A stretch of 34,464 bases of DNA, taken from positions 1-34,464 of the forward strand of contig NW_014569459.1 in assembly GCF_000743755.1 (NCBI RefSeq), written 5' to 3'. The position numbers were made by a program, and so were the translations under genes. The notes under the pieces were generated by a model that ran no database searches, was not told the DNA's origin, and saw only the letters and a list, made by a program, of their open reading frames with translations. Source of the DNA: Blastocystis sp. subtype 4 (taxonomy: Eukaryota). Below are positions 1 to 13,186 of this stretch, piece after piece. The stretch's first letter is position 1. Every line of letters begins with the position of its first letter.

Positions 1-46
1 TGGTGTGAATACGTATAGAAGGGATTATATTGAGATGTTTATATGA
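1..46 (+). CDS. 3' end of an unidentified gene (partial; ...GVNTYRRDYIEMFI*)
   Basis: Frame 2 is open from the window start to TGA at 44-46, followed by TGTTTGTT at 49-56 in the same spacing seen at other gene ends. Confidence 0.5.
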   Translation, partial: GVNTYRRDYIEMFI

Positions 47-48
47 TA

Positions 49-97
49 TGTTTGTTACAATCATTTGTTCACAATTCACTTATATCAGTAACAAACA
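49..97. terminator. Pair of convergent 3'-end (polyadenylation) signals TGTTTGTT: + at 49-56, - at 97-90
   Basis: Exact octamers on opposite strands, each starting 5 nt after the T of a TGA stop. Confidence 0.75.
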
Positions 98-99
98 CA

Positions 100-1717
100 T
101 CAAAACCGACGATACTTTCTCTTAGATCCACTCTGATTGCCTTTTGATCCAAAGTTTCGCTTCTGACTAAAATGTTTCTTGGGTTGTTCCTTTCCTTCTG
201 GAATACCCATAAATTTGGCATAATCCAATTCATACACACGTTTCAAATTAGTCTCACTACACCTTTTCACAGACTGGAAATGATTTGCAATCAATTCTTG
301 TCGTTCTGCCTCTGCATCTGGAAGCAATAACCCAGGTTTTCCATACTTCTGATAAAAAGGAGAGGCCAGAATCGAAGTCTATTCATGACATCTTCAATTC
401 TCATACTGGATATCGATTGGCATTTCTTATAATTCCTTCTAAAAATGTTCTATCCTGTGATTGATTGATTTCTTTTGCGTTATTCAAATTAAACGTCAGT
501 TTCATTAATGCATGAGAACAGAATGCTTTAAATCTCTACAATAAATATACCTTCCTATCCTTACTTTGATATTATATGAAGATTTGCCTATATCCAGAGA
601 TGCATCAATTGGATTCTCTACTGACAGCATGTACTCCCTTCCTTCTTCTAACCAGCCTTTCTCTTCCTTTTCGATATATCCACCATCATTTCGAACACGT
701 AGAACAAGTTTATCATAATTTAGTAATAAACCGTAGTAGTAGAAGAATTGGAGAAGATGATTGGCTAAATTCCCTCGATCAATACCTTCTCTGGATATTA
801 GGATAATGGATCATATATACCGAATACACCATTGTTCTGAACTCAAACACAACAGAGTAATCATGAATGAACCAATTCCTCCATGATATGTATCGTTCAG
901 TTCACGTTGACTTAACATGTATTTGAGAATAAGAACCATCGGTCGTAGATGTGGATAACGAGATAATTGACGCATTACATAACAAGAGGTCAATAATGAG
1001 GATTCCTGATTGAAACACATATCAACATCTACTCCAGTTTCCTATGAATGATGAATAGAAAAATAACAAAAACGCGGTGCTGGAATTTGATAATGGGAAC
1101 CCGGGCATGACTGATTACCAGGATACGAGTAGCAAAGGAACAGTTGCGCAGAATCTACAATTGAGATAAGCTATAAACACTACTTTTTCGACAACTTGCA
1201 AATAGTTCATATCCTCGTTACATTCTACCATGATATCCAAGTCACTGTCAGGAAGAGCTCTATGCATTATGTGCATCTAAAACGAATTACAAGTTTGTTA
1301 GGAAGGATCCAAACGGATGAAGAATAGCATGCGGTAATTCCTTTCGAAAGAGTTCTGTCAGATCCTTAAGAACTTTTTCTCGCATATACTTGTCCAAAGT
1401 AGTAGGTTCAAGCCACTTGACTAAGTATATCAACTCTTCATGCAATTCAAATATTGGATAGTCTTTTAGTTTTCGAATATCAAAATACTCAGCTTTTGAA
1501 AGCCAGGGAGGGAAATCAAAAGAGAGTGGCTGAACAATTGCAGTAGTCTTCTCTGATATCTCTTCCTTTTCGGGTTCTTCCGAATTCAACATAACAAGAT
1601 CCAAATCCTAGATGTTATCGATCTTGCAAAATACCAAACATCAATCTCTGGAGACTGTCTTAAACTCTTTCCCAGTTTCTCTTTTCCTTGTTTGATGATA
1701 CTCCAGATATCACTCAT
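100..1717 (-). CDS. TRF4: Non-canonical poly(A) polymerase, Trf4/5 (PAPD5/7, TENT4) family; multi-exon
   Basis: Spliced translation gives HPFGSFLTNL-ALPDSDLDI (nucleotidyltransferase GS...DxD), ARVPIIKF, VDVDMCFN and LRPMVLILKYMLSQRELNDTYHGGIGSF. ATG at 1717, TGA at 102-100, TGTTTGTT at 97-90. Confidence 0.9.
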
Positions 1718-1894
1718 GTTGAATAAGGAAAAGAATGTGTTAAGAACATATTCTCTGTGTATCTCTGGAATTGAAATACTCTGTAGTTATGCAAAGGTCT
1801 TCATCTAATGTGTTGTCGTGTGGGGAATTGCGTTGTGACAGGAACCAATCAGATTGCAGTGAATTGTATTTCAATAACTCTTCAATATCTGTAA

Positions 1895-4432
1895 ATGAAA
1901 GGACTTTATCTTGTGTTGTTCTTTCTAACCATCGTAAGAGCGGTAAATGTGGATTTGCAGGTGGATTGGAGAGAGTTTATCAGTCGATCTGATCCCCTTT
2001 GGTCATTTGACACATCTAAGCCAGAAACCGTGCCAACTATGTGGTTTGATTCTCCATTCCATGGAAATGGAAATCTTGGTATGTTGATTCTTGCAGAAAA
2101 GATTCAACGAAATGGAACTGAAAAGTACATTCTTCGATTTGACCTTGGTAGAGCTGATGTATGGGATGTGCGGATGAAAGGAAGCCAATATGCACATGGA
2201 GATAGGTAGGACGTGATATTGAGTGATTACTGTTAGCCAGGTGGATCGCTGCCGTCTTGACATTGGACATTTTGAGTTGGAGACCGTTGGAACGATCCTC
2301 ACTGGGTCTATGCGAATTAACTTGTTTGACGCGAATGTAACGGGACATCTCACAACTACAGATGGATCGGTCTCCTTTACTACCATGACAATGTCATCAG
2401 AGCATTTGTTCGTTATCGATATCGAAACTGAAGGAAAGGAGTCAGGTCTCGATCTTCGTTATGTTCCTGAACATGGAATCTGTAATGGCCGTTACCTTCC
2501 TGATGACTATGTAAAGAATCCCCTTCCGGAGTGTTCTACTGTGTATTCTCGTCGTACTTATCAAGTGTGTCAACACCGTCTCCTCGTTGAGGGTGATTAC
2601 GCTGAAGCCTATACTATCGATCGTCAGAAGCAGCAGATCCAGCTCTATGCAACAATTGACAACTCAATACCAGCAAATCATCTTCGTGATATTTCAGCCA
2701 AGACCAACAGTGTTCGGATGCTGGAGCGCATTCTAGATCGAGGGATGTCAGTACTTCTCAAGGAACACTATGATTTCTGGCATTCCTATTATACTCACAG
2801 CTTTCTATCTATTCCTGATATGAAATGGGAGGGATTCTATTGGATTCAGGTGATGTTATGTTGATTTGATTATTTCTAGATGTACAAAGTCGGTTCTGCA
2901 ACACGTTGTACTTCTGAAGATAATTGTTGGCCATACGACCTTATGGGACCGTAATTGTTGATGCACATGTTCAAGTGTAGATGGTGGAGAAAGAGTGTTT
3001 GGAGTGATTATCACTTTGATATGAATGTTCAGGTCGCTGCATGGCCTTTGTGGGCAGCGAATCACGATGAGGAGTTCATTTCTCTTCTTCGTCTTCTCGA
3101 GGAGAATCTACAAAGTATTCGGGAGGCTGTACCTCCTGAGTACCAAGATGATTGTGGTGCGATGATATGTGAGTATATCATTTTGTGATTGGTTTATTGT
3201 AGGGGTGGATGGGATTTTGCCAGTGATAAATACACGTATACCGGAAATAATGGATATTTCTATCCTCCAGGTAGTCAGTTAGGTAATCTTGCTTGGACAT
3301 GTCAGATCTTATGGGTACATTACCGCTATACAATGAATACAACCATGTTAACCACACTTCTGGCTCCATTACTGCGAATGAGTAACAATTATTACACAAG
3401 GTGATTCCCACGGGAATTAACTCATTTTAAGATTGGCGATCAATCGGAATGGGACGTATCATCTTCCTGTCGCTCAGAGTCCTGAATATGGAGATAGTGA
3501 GGATACAAACTATGACCTCTCGCTCTTCAGATGGGGTGTTCAGACAATGGACGAAGTTGTTCGTATTTTAGGAATTCCAGAACCTAATCAAGCAAAATGG
3601 CATGAAGTGATTGATCATCTCACAGAGTATCCTGTTGATGAGGATGGGTTGTTGGTGGGGTCTACACTCAAGATGACGAGTATGCATCGTCATTGGAGTC
3701 ACCTCTTCCCAATCTATCCACTTCACGTGAGAGTCTGGAGTAGATATGATGTTTAGTTGATGGATCCTGAAACGACTCCTGAACTCACTGATTTGATCAT
3801 TCGTTCTCTTGATCACTGGACTTCATATCATCCAACCGATAATGGGTTCTCGATTGCAGCCAGTACCATCATGAATCAGATGATCCCAGGACGAGATGAG
3901 AAATCATGGGATGAACTCAATCAGGCATGGGGGCTGAGTAATCTCGGAAAGGCTACGTTCTATTGGGAGTCTTCGTATTGTCCAGTGAATGAATCTCCTT
4001 TTGGTTTGGCTGCTGGACTTCAGTATATGATTCTACGCTCTGATACTGGAAATATCAATGTGTTCCCTCAACGAATTGGTGCACTTCATGATGTCAGCAT
4101 GTACCATATGCGCGCTGAAGGTGGATTCCTCGTGAGTGGAATGTTGAAGAATTTGTCGACTGCCTGGGTAAGTATTGAATCGCTCTTTGGAAATGAATGT
4201 ATTCTCAAAGTTCGTGATTTTGATGATATTGAAGTGAGACCTGAATCCATTGCATTTAAAATGATTGCGTAGGTTAGATATTGTGAGAATGAAGATTAGA
4301 GAACATACGTTTAAGATTGATCTTATGAAGGGAGAAACAGCTGTTATCTATCCAAAGGGAACATCTCCCGACTTTGTAGTGGTTCCTCAACCGGAAGATG
4401 TTACAAAGAGTCATGCTTGGGGTCTCCATTAA
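1895..4432 (+). CDS. Secreted glycoside hydrolase, GH95-like (alpha-L-fucosidase/galactosidase-like); multi-exon
   Basis: Signal peptide MKGLYLVLFFLTIVRA. Motifs FDLGRADVWD, YWIQMYK, WSDYHFDMNVQ, SPEYG...NYDL, HRHWSHLFPIYPL, INVFP, MRAEGGFLVS, SIESLFG. Introns include 2206-2236, 2850-2879, 2951-2980 and 3173-3202. Ends ...HAWGLH-TAA at 4430-4432. Confidence 0.8.
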
Positions 4433-4494
4433 TGCTGTTTGTGAACAAATACAAATGAGGATGTGTGAAGCAGTATAAGGAAACATAAAAGTGA

Positions 4495-5167
4495 TCAACT
4501 AACGGTATAATCTGCTTCATCGCTCAAAAAGTATGGTAAACTATCTAGATATAATCGATTCAGCTAGGTTATACACGATAATGCTCCTTGATTGATATTC
4601 TCAGGGACTTGAGGAAAACGGTTTCTTTGCATTTGGCTCCAGTTTGGAGTCATTTGTGAAGGACTATCAGGGACTGGAAATGAAGATGAACCTCTTGCTC
4701 GTCGATACGAGTTCCTAGAAACAGCGGGAGATGAAAAGCCAGCTGAGTATGGCGACTGCATCGAGGATGGATAAATATCTCGATTCGGATATCCTGAAGA
4801 CAACATGCTTCCTCGTTGAACGTTAGTGATTGGTGCTTGTCCTTGAGGCGAATAAGGAATATCTGCTGAGTACGAAGGAGAATTCACCATATGGAGGGCA
4901 TCTTCTGGACTAATAGGTAAATCATAGATGATTTTGTCTCCTCGAAGCCGCATTTCTGTTAGTTTCTTCAATTCTTCTACACTAATTCCTGAATGCAGTC
5001 TATTGGATTATAATCATACGGAGGGAACTCTACGTTGGAACTGCATTCGAATTGCGCTGGGTGATTTCCTTGAGTTTGTTAACAGAAATCCCTTTCTTGG
5101 AAATGAAATCATCCATCGTATTATCGTGAGACACATCAGATGTGCTAGATACTGATGCACTATTCAT
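4495..5167 (-). CDS. Hypothetical Ser/Pro-rich protein, 3 exons
   Basis: ATG at 5167. Two ~34-36-nt GT-AG introns join it to ORF 4564-4971 and to a last exon (LPYFLSDEADYTVS*, TGA at 4497-4495). Confidence 0.6.
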
Positions 5168-5279
5168 TTTCCCAAAGAATAATGACTATAGGAGGAAATA
5201 GGTCACTTGCAGATATATGGATCCTAATTCAATAATAAAAATCATATGGAAATGGCACAAACATACAAAAATAAAAGAA

Positions 5280-8200
5280 CTAATTACTTGACTCAGTAAC
5301 ATCATATAATAACAATAAAGGTTGGTATTGGAGATGAGAACAATACGAATTTAAGTCTTCAATCGTATCCACCTTAATCGAGAACTTCAGGGTATACAGC
5401 AAGTAACAGTGCATGGAATTGTTCCATACAACGACACCTTCTCCGTATGTTCTGCTCCGTACTAATACACTCTTCAAACTGTACACTTCACCTCGAACAC
5501 CAGGACTGATATCTGATAAATTGAACTTTTCAGGAATTCCACAAAAGGTCAGATCATTCCCTCCATAAGGGAAACTCACACTCCAAGTGAATCGAAGCAA
5601 TAATACCTTAGGTAGCGGTTCTTCTAGCATGAGAGACGTTTTCTTTACGGTATGACAAACAGGACATTGCTTTGAATAAGGAAGAAGGGATTTTTTAAGA
5701 AACTGAGAAAAATGCTGCTGAATGCACATTGCTTTCACGCGTGCTGAAGCAGCTAATGAGGGTTGATTTGGTAATGTTTCAAGTTTGTCGGTAATGTAGA
5801 GATAATACGAGTAGCCAGGGATGGATAGCCAGAGAGAGGATTTGAAGTTCGATGTCGGCTGATCGGTAGGACAGTCACAGCTGAGTGTCTGTGGATCATG
5901 AGAATAGTGTAACAAGTACGTATGAATACTTTACAGCAAAGGTTTTGTGAATGTCACATTGACATCGCATGTAGTTCACAATGCTGGTCGGAGTAGGAAG
6001 AGTAGTTTTGAGGAGATGATGGAGATTAACAACAAAGTAATCAATGGCATCTTCTGTGACCTGATGTTAAGTGACTCAAAGAATTATAATAATCAAGGAT
6101 ATCCCAAACTGTTGGTACTTATTCAACAGACAGCTTGATACGAGCTGTTCAGATAGATCGAGACAGAGTTTTGAAGCATATCCGAAGGACGTTGCTTCAA
6201 TCACATTCTCAATCGCTCCACACATCTCACTCAGAACGCTGATCTCATTACGAGATTCGGTTCCTGGTGTCATTTGGAGAACTGCACATAACGGTTGGAT
6301 AGAAGGAGAGAGAGATGGGATTTGCCGTGCTTTTTCTGGAGAACCATTGCCAGGAACAGAATTAACGACCGTTTCACTCTTAAGTAGTTTTGAATTTGCC
6401 GCCAATATCAAATCCCTCACGTGTTTTGAAGCAGTGAACCACAAAATAGAATAAGAAAAGAAGAAATTGAGTTTGAGAGAGTCTGTGGTTGATTCCATTT
6501 TCGCATACATCGCATTAACCTTCTGATGATCGTTAATAAGTGGAAGTGATTGAAAGGAAGGTGGAAGTTCGAATTGGAAAGGCGAAGCTTGTGTTTGTGG
6601 TTGCTGTAGGAGATTCATGTTCATGGCTGTTTCAATTGTGGGGCTGGCGATAAGGCCACATGAATAGACATTTTTGAACACAGGCACCATACCTGGTGAG
6701 AAGACGGTAGGAGATAGAACAAGATTCGATACAACAGGACTGTTACTTGAAGGTAGGACTGAATGAACAGGAGTATGGAGAAGAGTACGAGAAGGGAGAA
6801 TACGAGACTGTGGAGTGTAAGGTGAGGATGCACGTTTCTCGGAATCATCTCCATAAGACGATCGTTGAGACAGGTGATCCTCATCAGATGGATGAACATA
6901 GCGAGCCGAAGATCGCTGATGAAACTCCCCTGAAACTCCCTCGGAATGATTGTGTCGTGTTGGGAGAGATTCAACTCGTGGACATACCCGACGTATTTCA
7001 CGACAAATTGAAAGCGACAGACAATATTCAGCAAAGTACCGATACTACAAAATTAGCCCCAATTTTTGTTATCACAGTGAAGTATTGTCGAATCACTTCC
7101 TCGAGATGTGTGATCTGTTGACGCTGCAGAACTAACTCTCGGTCCACAAATGACTGCAAATTCTCCTCCTGATAATGACCAGACCGACCTGCCAAAAAAC
7201 TGAGAGAATTTGGTCGATACCGAAATCGCTCCAAATAATTGCTGTAGAAGTTGAGAATAGTCTTTCCCTTCAATATCTGGAGTAACTGACTAACATCGTA
7301 TCCATCTGAGGATTGTTGGACACCGCGGGGATTTCTACAAAATGGCGGCAACCCAGAATCCTCTTACAAATCACAGTATTGAGAGATATCTTGAATATCT
7401 TCAGGTACAGTACAATTCCAGAACATTTCAAACATAGGAAGGAGATTCTGATTGTATTTGCGAGCTGTTGAGTGAATGCGATTGATGTCAACTTCATCAC
7501 GATTGAGCAGAGCTGAATGCAAGAATTCGACCCTTTTAATATCATTATAATAAGAGGATAACAGTTCTAGACACAGTCTAATTATGTCATCATTGTGCTC
7601 CAGCAACTTCTCTCGGATAGCCAAGCTGTGAGCAGCATCATAACAAAGACACTGCTGATAGTTTGCAAACAGTTGAATCAAATCAAAGTAACGGTTAGGA
7701 ACTCTCCGATGAGCAGCTCTATCAAGGATGTAGGGAATGAAAGGATTTAGCACAGTCATACAAAGAGATTGGAGATCTGTGAGGAGAGAGGCAGAGGTTG
7801 TGAGAATGGAAGAGACGAGGAGAAGACGATGAGAATAAGCATGAGCCAACTTCAGATGTAGCCTGGTGATCAGAGGACATATGAAGACATACCAATCCTG
7901 AGCACACAACTGATCATTGTAACTACTGGAGAGCCATTGTGTGAGTTCAGAAGAACGAGTATTCATGCTAGTAAGAAGGTCATTCATCACTTCCTCAGGT
8001 GAGTTGAGATTGAGTAGACGAGGAGTGATCTAATTTCACATACTGGGATGATAGCTTACTTCATTCAAAGAAGTAGTGATATGAAAGTACATTCCATCAC
8101 TTGTATGATGAGTACGTGCATCAAGGAAGCCTGATTCGAGTACATTCCGAATCTCTTCAGGATGAACTCTTTCAAATGTGCCATTGAATATATGTGCTAA

Positions 8201-10178
8201 TCCACTATAAGGAAAGAGATTATTACTGACACTAACTACACTATCCTCACTACAGTTAACAGACTCATCAACACTGTACAAGTGATGTGTACAATAACGA
8301 CAGTAATAAGAATTAAGACTATTAGGAAGTCGAATATGTGAAGTGAGACAATGAGGACATGAGCAATTAGGACTGTTTGTATGATCGAAAGTAGGTGACT
8401 ATCTAATATATAACCATTATCCTTACAGAGAGATAATACAACTGATACTGATGAGCTAACTGACGACGATATGACTGATACGTCTTACCAAATTCTACCT
8501 CTTGTATTCCAACTATCAATCAATTCTTAACATAAACCTTACTTTCACAGAGTTGTTTACTCAATCCTTGAGGTTCATCCAAATCAATTGAACCATTCTT
8601 CTTCACATATAAGACCACTGTATACAGCCACATGGCATACTAAGGAAACATTTCGGACATGCACACCTACAGTCTGAAGAATTTGAATATCACGTGTTTC
8701 TAAGGTATACAACTCTTGAACCATCGATTCCATTCGTTCATTCTCAATTAGCAATCTATCAATGATTCTATGATGCATCTGCTCCTACTCGGGAATTGAT
8801 AGTAGATCATCAGAATATGCACGTTTCATAACCTGACTTAATCGATCATCCGTCGTTGAAATCTAGACAATATTGGGAATGACAAAAAACTCACAAGTAT
8901 TGAAGTATCCACACACAGATATCGTGTTGTTGTTCTGCAAGGAAGCTTGAACTCAGTCTACAACTTACAACATCCTCTCATCGATACATGTTCCTGTGTA
9001 GATGGAACTTCTCCTAATACCATAATTAGCTTGTTCATTACACTACAACTCATTCAACCAAAGAACAAGAACCTTTTAAGAATCTCACACGTGGTTCCAA
9101 TATCCGATGCTGCTTTGGATACATTTAGCCGGTAATTCAACTGCGTGTCATTTTGAACAACTGAAGTGCGATCACAAATGGATTTCGAATCTGGATCCGG
9201 ATTAAGACTGGAATTCTCATAAATAAAATACAAAATGGAAAAAATGGCCAGATATCGTGGGGATAAATCCGTTTCTATGGTTCATGGATAAACAGAATGT
9301 CAAACGACGAAGAATCATTAAAACTTCCTGTTTCAGTTCTTTCCACGACAACAGCGGGAATGTAAAGAACTGAAGATACAGAATTTCGATTAAGACCTTT
9401 TGGACTGGAGAAATAAAGGTGTGTTTACTCTTCTGAAGGATAAGACTACTAGTTGGTAAGCAGGTTGTTATCATTAGATAGATCTCCGTGAGTAACCCAA
9501 GCATTTCAGTCACACTAAAGTAATAACACGAACTAACACGTACATGACGGCCAAATCATAATGGTTATAAAGGAACACAACTCAATTCCATTCTTCACAA
9601 ATTGAAGAGGAACAGGCCTCTCTTCATTGAGAAGATGAAGCAGTCGATCTATATTATTCAGCAACGATATATAGGACTAATGTGAAACAAACTCTCTAAT
9701 AGTACTCGGGACTGATTCATCATTTTATAAACGTTGTTTGCTTGTTTCTGAGATGGAGCCAGGAGTTTGTACGTCTCCTATCCTAAATAGCCCAAAACAA
9801 ACCTAACTGAAACGTAGTTGCGTAGTTCGTCGATTCGAGTCAAAGAATGAATATGCTCGATATCTTCCTGCCAAAAAGGCTTGTAAGGCATGGCATATGC
9901 CTACAGCTAACACAAATGACCATGAACAAACTAGAATAACAAGTAGACGTGATCGGCAGAACTGAATCGAGTTATCTGGCCAACTCTTACCTTCACTACT
10001 CTTTTTGTCCTTCTTTGGCAATCCTGTTCGACAGAAGTCTAGATGAGGAACAAATTCAAAAGAACCAAATACTGAGTGTTGCAAGTCTAGCCATTTTCCC
10101 GATCCATCCAGCTGTGCCCTCATACTGCAATCCCATATTCCAGATCAAATCAGCGATTGGAAGTTCTTCGTGATCCAT
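5280..10178 (-). CDS. Large multi-exon protein with Cys/His clusters and a C-terminal degenerate USP (peptidase C19, USP53/54-like) domain; may be more than one gene
   Basis: Chain of minus-strand ORFs separated by ~30-nt introns. CSCPHC and YYCRYC motifs near 8300-8370. C-terminal CPVC...PLPKVLLLRFTW...PEKFNLSDI...YSLKSVLV...PLLLLY resembles a USP C-terminal fold. TGTTTGTG at 5263-5256. The 5' end is uncertain. Confidence 0.5.
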
Positions 10179-10339
10179 ACCTTCAATTATTCCAATTGGG
10201 TAACTAGAATAGATAATCGGGAATAGCCGAATTCTAGGGAACGAAATACCTTTGATTATTGTTTCGAACTAGTTTGCCATTCTTTACATTATTCTGATTG
10301 ATAGAGACTGCTAGTACGTTCAAACAAACACTAAATCTT

Positions 10340-12973
10340 TTATCCACGAGGAAAAGGAGTATGCAAAAAAGTAAAAAGACTTGAGGCTTCCAGTGGAGTC
10401 ATCACTTCCTCCAGCTGTTCTTTGGTCCACTGACAAATATCATTCACCTTCTGAATCCTTCGTAAAATACCATAAACATTATGCAATCCAATTCCAGGAA
10501 GCTGCAACAAGAGATCCACACGTTTCACTTCATCCTTCTTTCCATTGAGATAAGAGTCTCCCTCATTTGTCATAATTTTCTCTAGAACCGGTTCTTCTCG
10601 TCCTCGTTTCAACAGCTCCAACATCTACACGTCATCAACACCATTGATACCCACTCTGCAAGAAGAACGATCGGAGAATGACCAAATAATCCGCATTTGA
10701 GGGTAACTACGAAGGAGGACAATCAATCGCGAGGTGGTGATTGTCGCTTCGCCTGTTAATTTGAACATTCCATGCTCTCCATCATCCATCTCAATCAACA
10801 ACAGAGGGACTCGATACAATCTTGACATCTGTTCCATTTGTTTCTGAAGTCGACCTGATGATAAAGAAGAAACCAGATCCTGAAATGCTTTCCGCTCGAT
10901 TCCTGTATCAGCAGATAGCACATAATCACAAACATTCAATGTGATGGGAATCAATTGAAAACCAGCCTTGAAAAGAGCCGAAGGAAGTGATGCATTGAAT
11001 TCACGCGAGTCTACAACTATGATTGGTTGAGTTTCTGACTTTGAGAAATCGCGCGATGATCCGCCAATAGACAATTGTCTAGATGAAAGAGATGACAGGG
11101 GACCTACTTTTGGCTCCAGTGTTCCGCATGAACCAAACGCTTGCGTTCCTCGATCAATCGAGCAAAGCCATCTACTTCGCGTTTCAGTTCCAGTTCGTAG
11201 TTGCGCTGTTCACGACCCTCATAACTGCAGAAAAACACCTTCTCGAGTACCTTTCCTTTGGTCTGGCAATTGAACTGTTCTGCTTGTCGAATTGCAACAA
11301 CACTGGCATCAACAATGATTAGTATCGATGGAGAACAGACTTGAAATGGATTATACAATGTAGCTGCAAGAGAACTCGGATAAAGGAATATTTGCAGATG
11401 CGGAAAATCGTCTAGATGATAATCCTTCTCAATCGTCCTACGATGAAGCACCTCAAACAATCCATCATGATTATGGATCTGCTCTTCGACTTGCTGCAGA
11501 TTGATCAACTCGTTTGATTCATTTCCATTGTTACATCGAATATCCCCTATTCGTGTCTTTATGAAGGACAATAACTTGTGTTCAATGGAGTTGGAAGATA
11601 CATTCTGATATGCGAGGTGACGATAGAGAGATCGTCGTAATGACCGCAACATATACAGTTTGGGGTTTATTAGGAAGTTGTGAATCTCCACAATAGATTT
11701 TGCATTCATCACAGAGACGAGAACAGCTTTTTTCGATCCATCATGCATAGATGAATCGAGTTCGTGGAGAAGTGTGATCAGCCCTGACCACTTCTGAGGA
11801 GGTTCCAGCCAATCCTCTAGTGGTATCTTCCCATCTAGAACTCCGAAAATTTCTTCATGTATTGTCTTCAGTAGTAGCTCACTCTCTTTTGTCTCCATCC
11901 AGTAACAGACACCTGCTAGAAAACCACTTTGGAGACGCAGTGTGATATTACCGATTTGATCATTCAGAGTGACAAGACTGAAATAGAGAAGTGTTCGACT
12001 AAGCTTTGATAGAGAAATCAGTTCGTTTAATAGGTCCTTTGTCTTCTGACTATAAGCACATCCGTGATTCTCAAGATCACGACGTACTAGCCCTGTGAAG
12101 CCATTTTGGAGACAGAAATCGAGAGTTAGTGATTCGTTCAAATCACATCGCAGTCGTTTAATCTCCGTAATGTTACTCTTTATGCACATTTCGATACAAC
12201 GATTCACAGTCTATCAATTATATAGGGCCCTTGATAATACTTCCATCCATTCTGAATACACATATGTTACTTCCTCCACTTCGATTGGATATTGTTCATA
12301 ACTACTAACCACGATATCCCGACTTCGTGGGTATAAAAACAGATAATTGACAGTGAGTTCTTTCAAGAAAGAGGCAAGTTGGGGAAAGGCATGATAACAA
12401 CCTTGAGAATTGTCACTGAAACATTTAACAAAACCCTTACATCGAATACGAAACAACAACAGACAGAAGAGATATGTGGATCCAGAATGGAGAGAATCAG
12501 CATCATAGACAAGAATACCTGCTATCGATCCGTACGGAATATGGTTTTGGAGAAAATCCAGTTGGAGAATTCGAGCTGAAATGAAAAACACACCACCTTG
12601 TTTGTAGATCTGCTGACGTTCCTTGGCTGTTCCAGACTAGCTGTCAGCGAATCATTTGTTGCATACATTCGTTGTAATCTCTTGGGGAAAAAGGGCGGGA
12701 TCGAGAGACATGGGCACTAATTCCTTTAGGATCAGTTCCTTCTAGTGCTATCAATAAAAATCACAAAACAAACAGAATTGTCTGCATTTAAGATGAACAC
12801 GACTTGATGTGTCTGATTCATCTTCAGAGCATAATATTTTACAAAGCGAGCGAACAACTATTCAGTGAACTATTCAACATAGAAAATACTTCTCGATATC
12901 CACATGAGCGAGACATTACAATTAATCCATCGTCAGTCAATAAATCTTGAACGGCCCTCTTCAGGAAGTTCAT
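10340..12973 (-). CDS. ERCC4: DNA repair endonuclease XPF (Rad1)
   Basis: N-terminal DLLTDDGLIVMSRSCG, FFISARILQLDFL, nuclease domain IVVDSREFNASLP...CDYVLS...ERKAFQDL, and HhH motif LLQLPGIG. Stop at 10342-10340, TGTTTGTT at 10330-10323. Confidence 0.93.
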
Positions 12974-13186
12974 TTGCAGAGATTCCAGGAGATGACTGTA
13001 CAAGATAATAGTACCAGAATCTAGTTTTTGACCAAATAATGCAAATATGTCAGCAGGCAGGAACAACCACAATCTGTCAACTGTCCATTGTTACGACAAT
13101 AGATCTCAAATTGTGGTAGTGGATTCCCCGTCTCACATTCTTACCAATGACTGATGCAATAAGCGGTTTCAGGAGCATATCCATCA

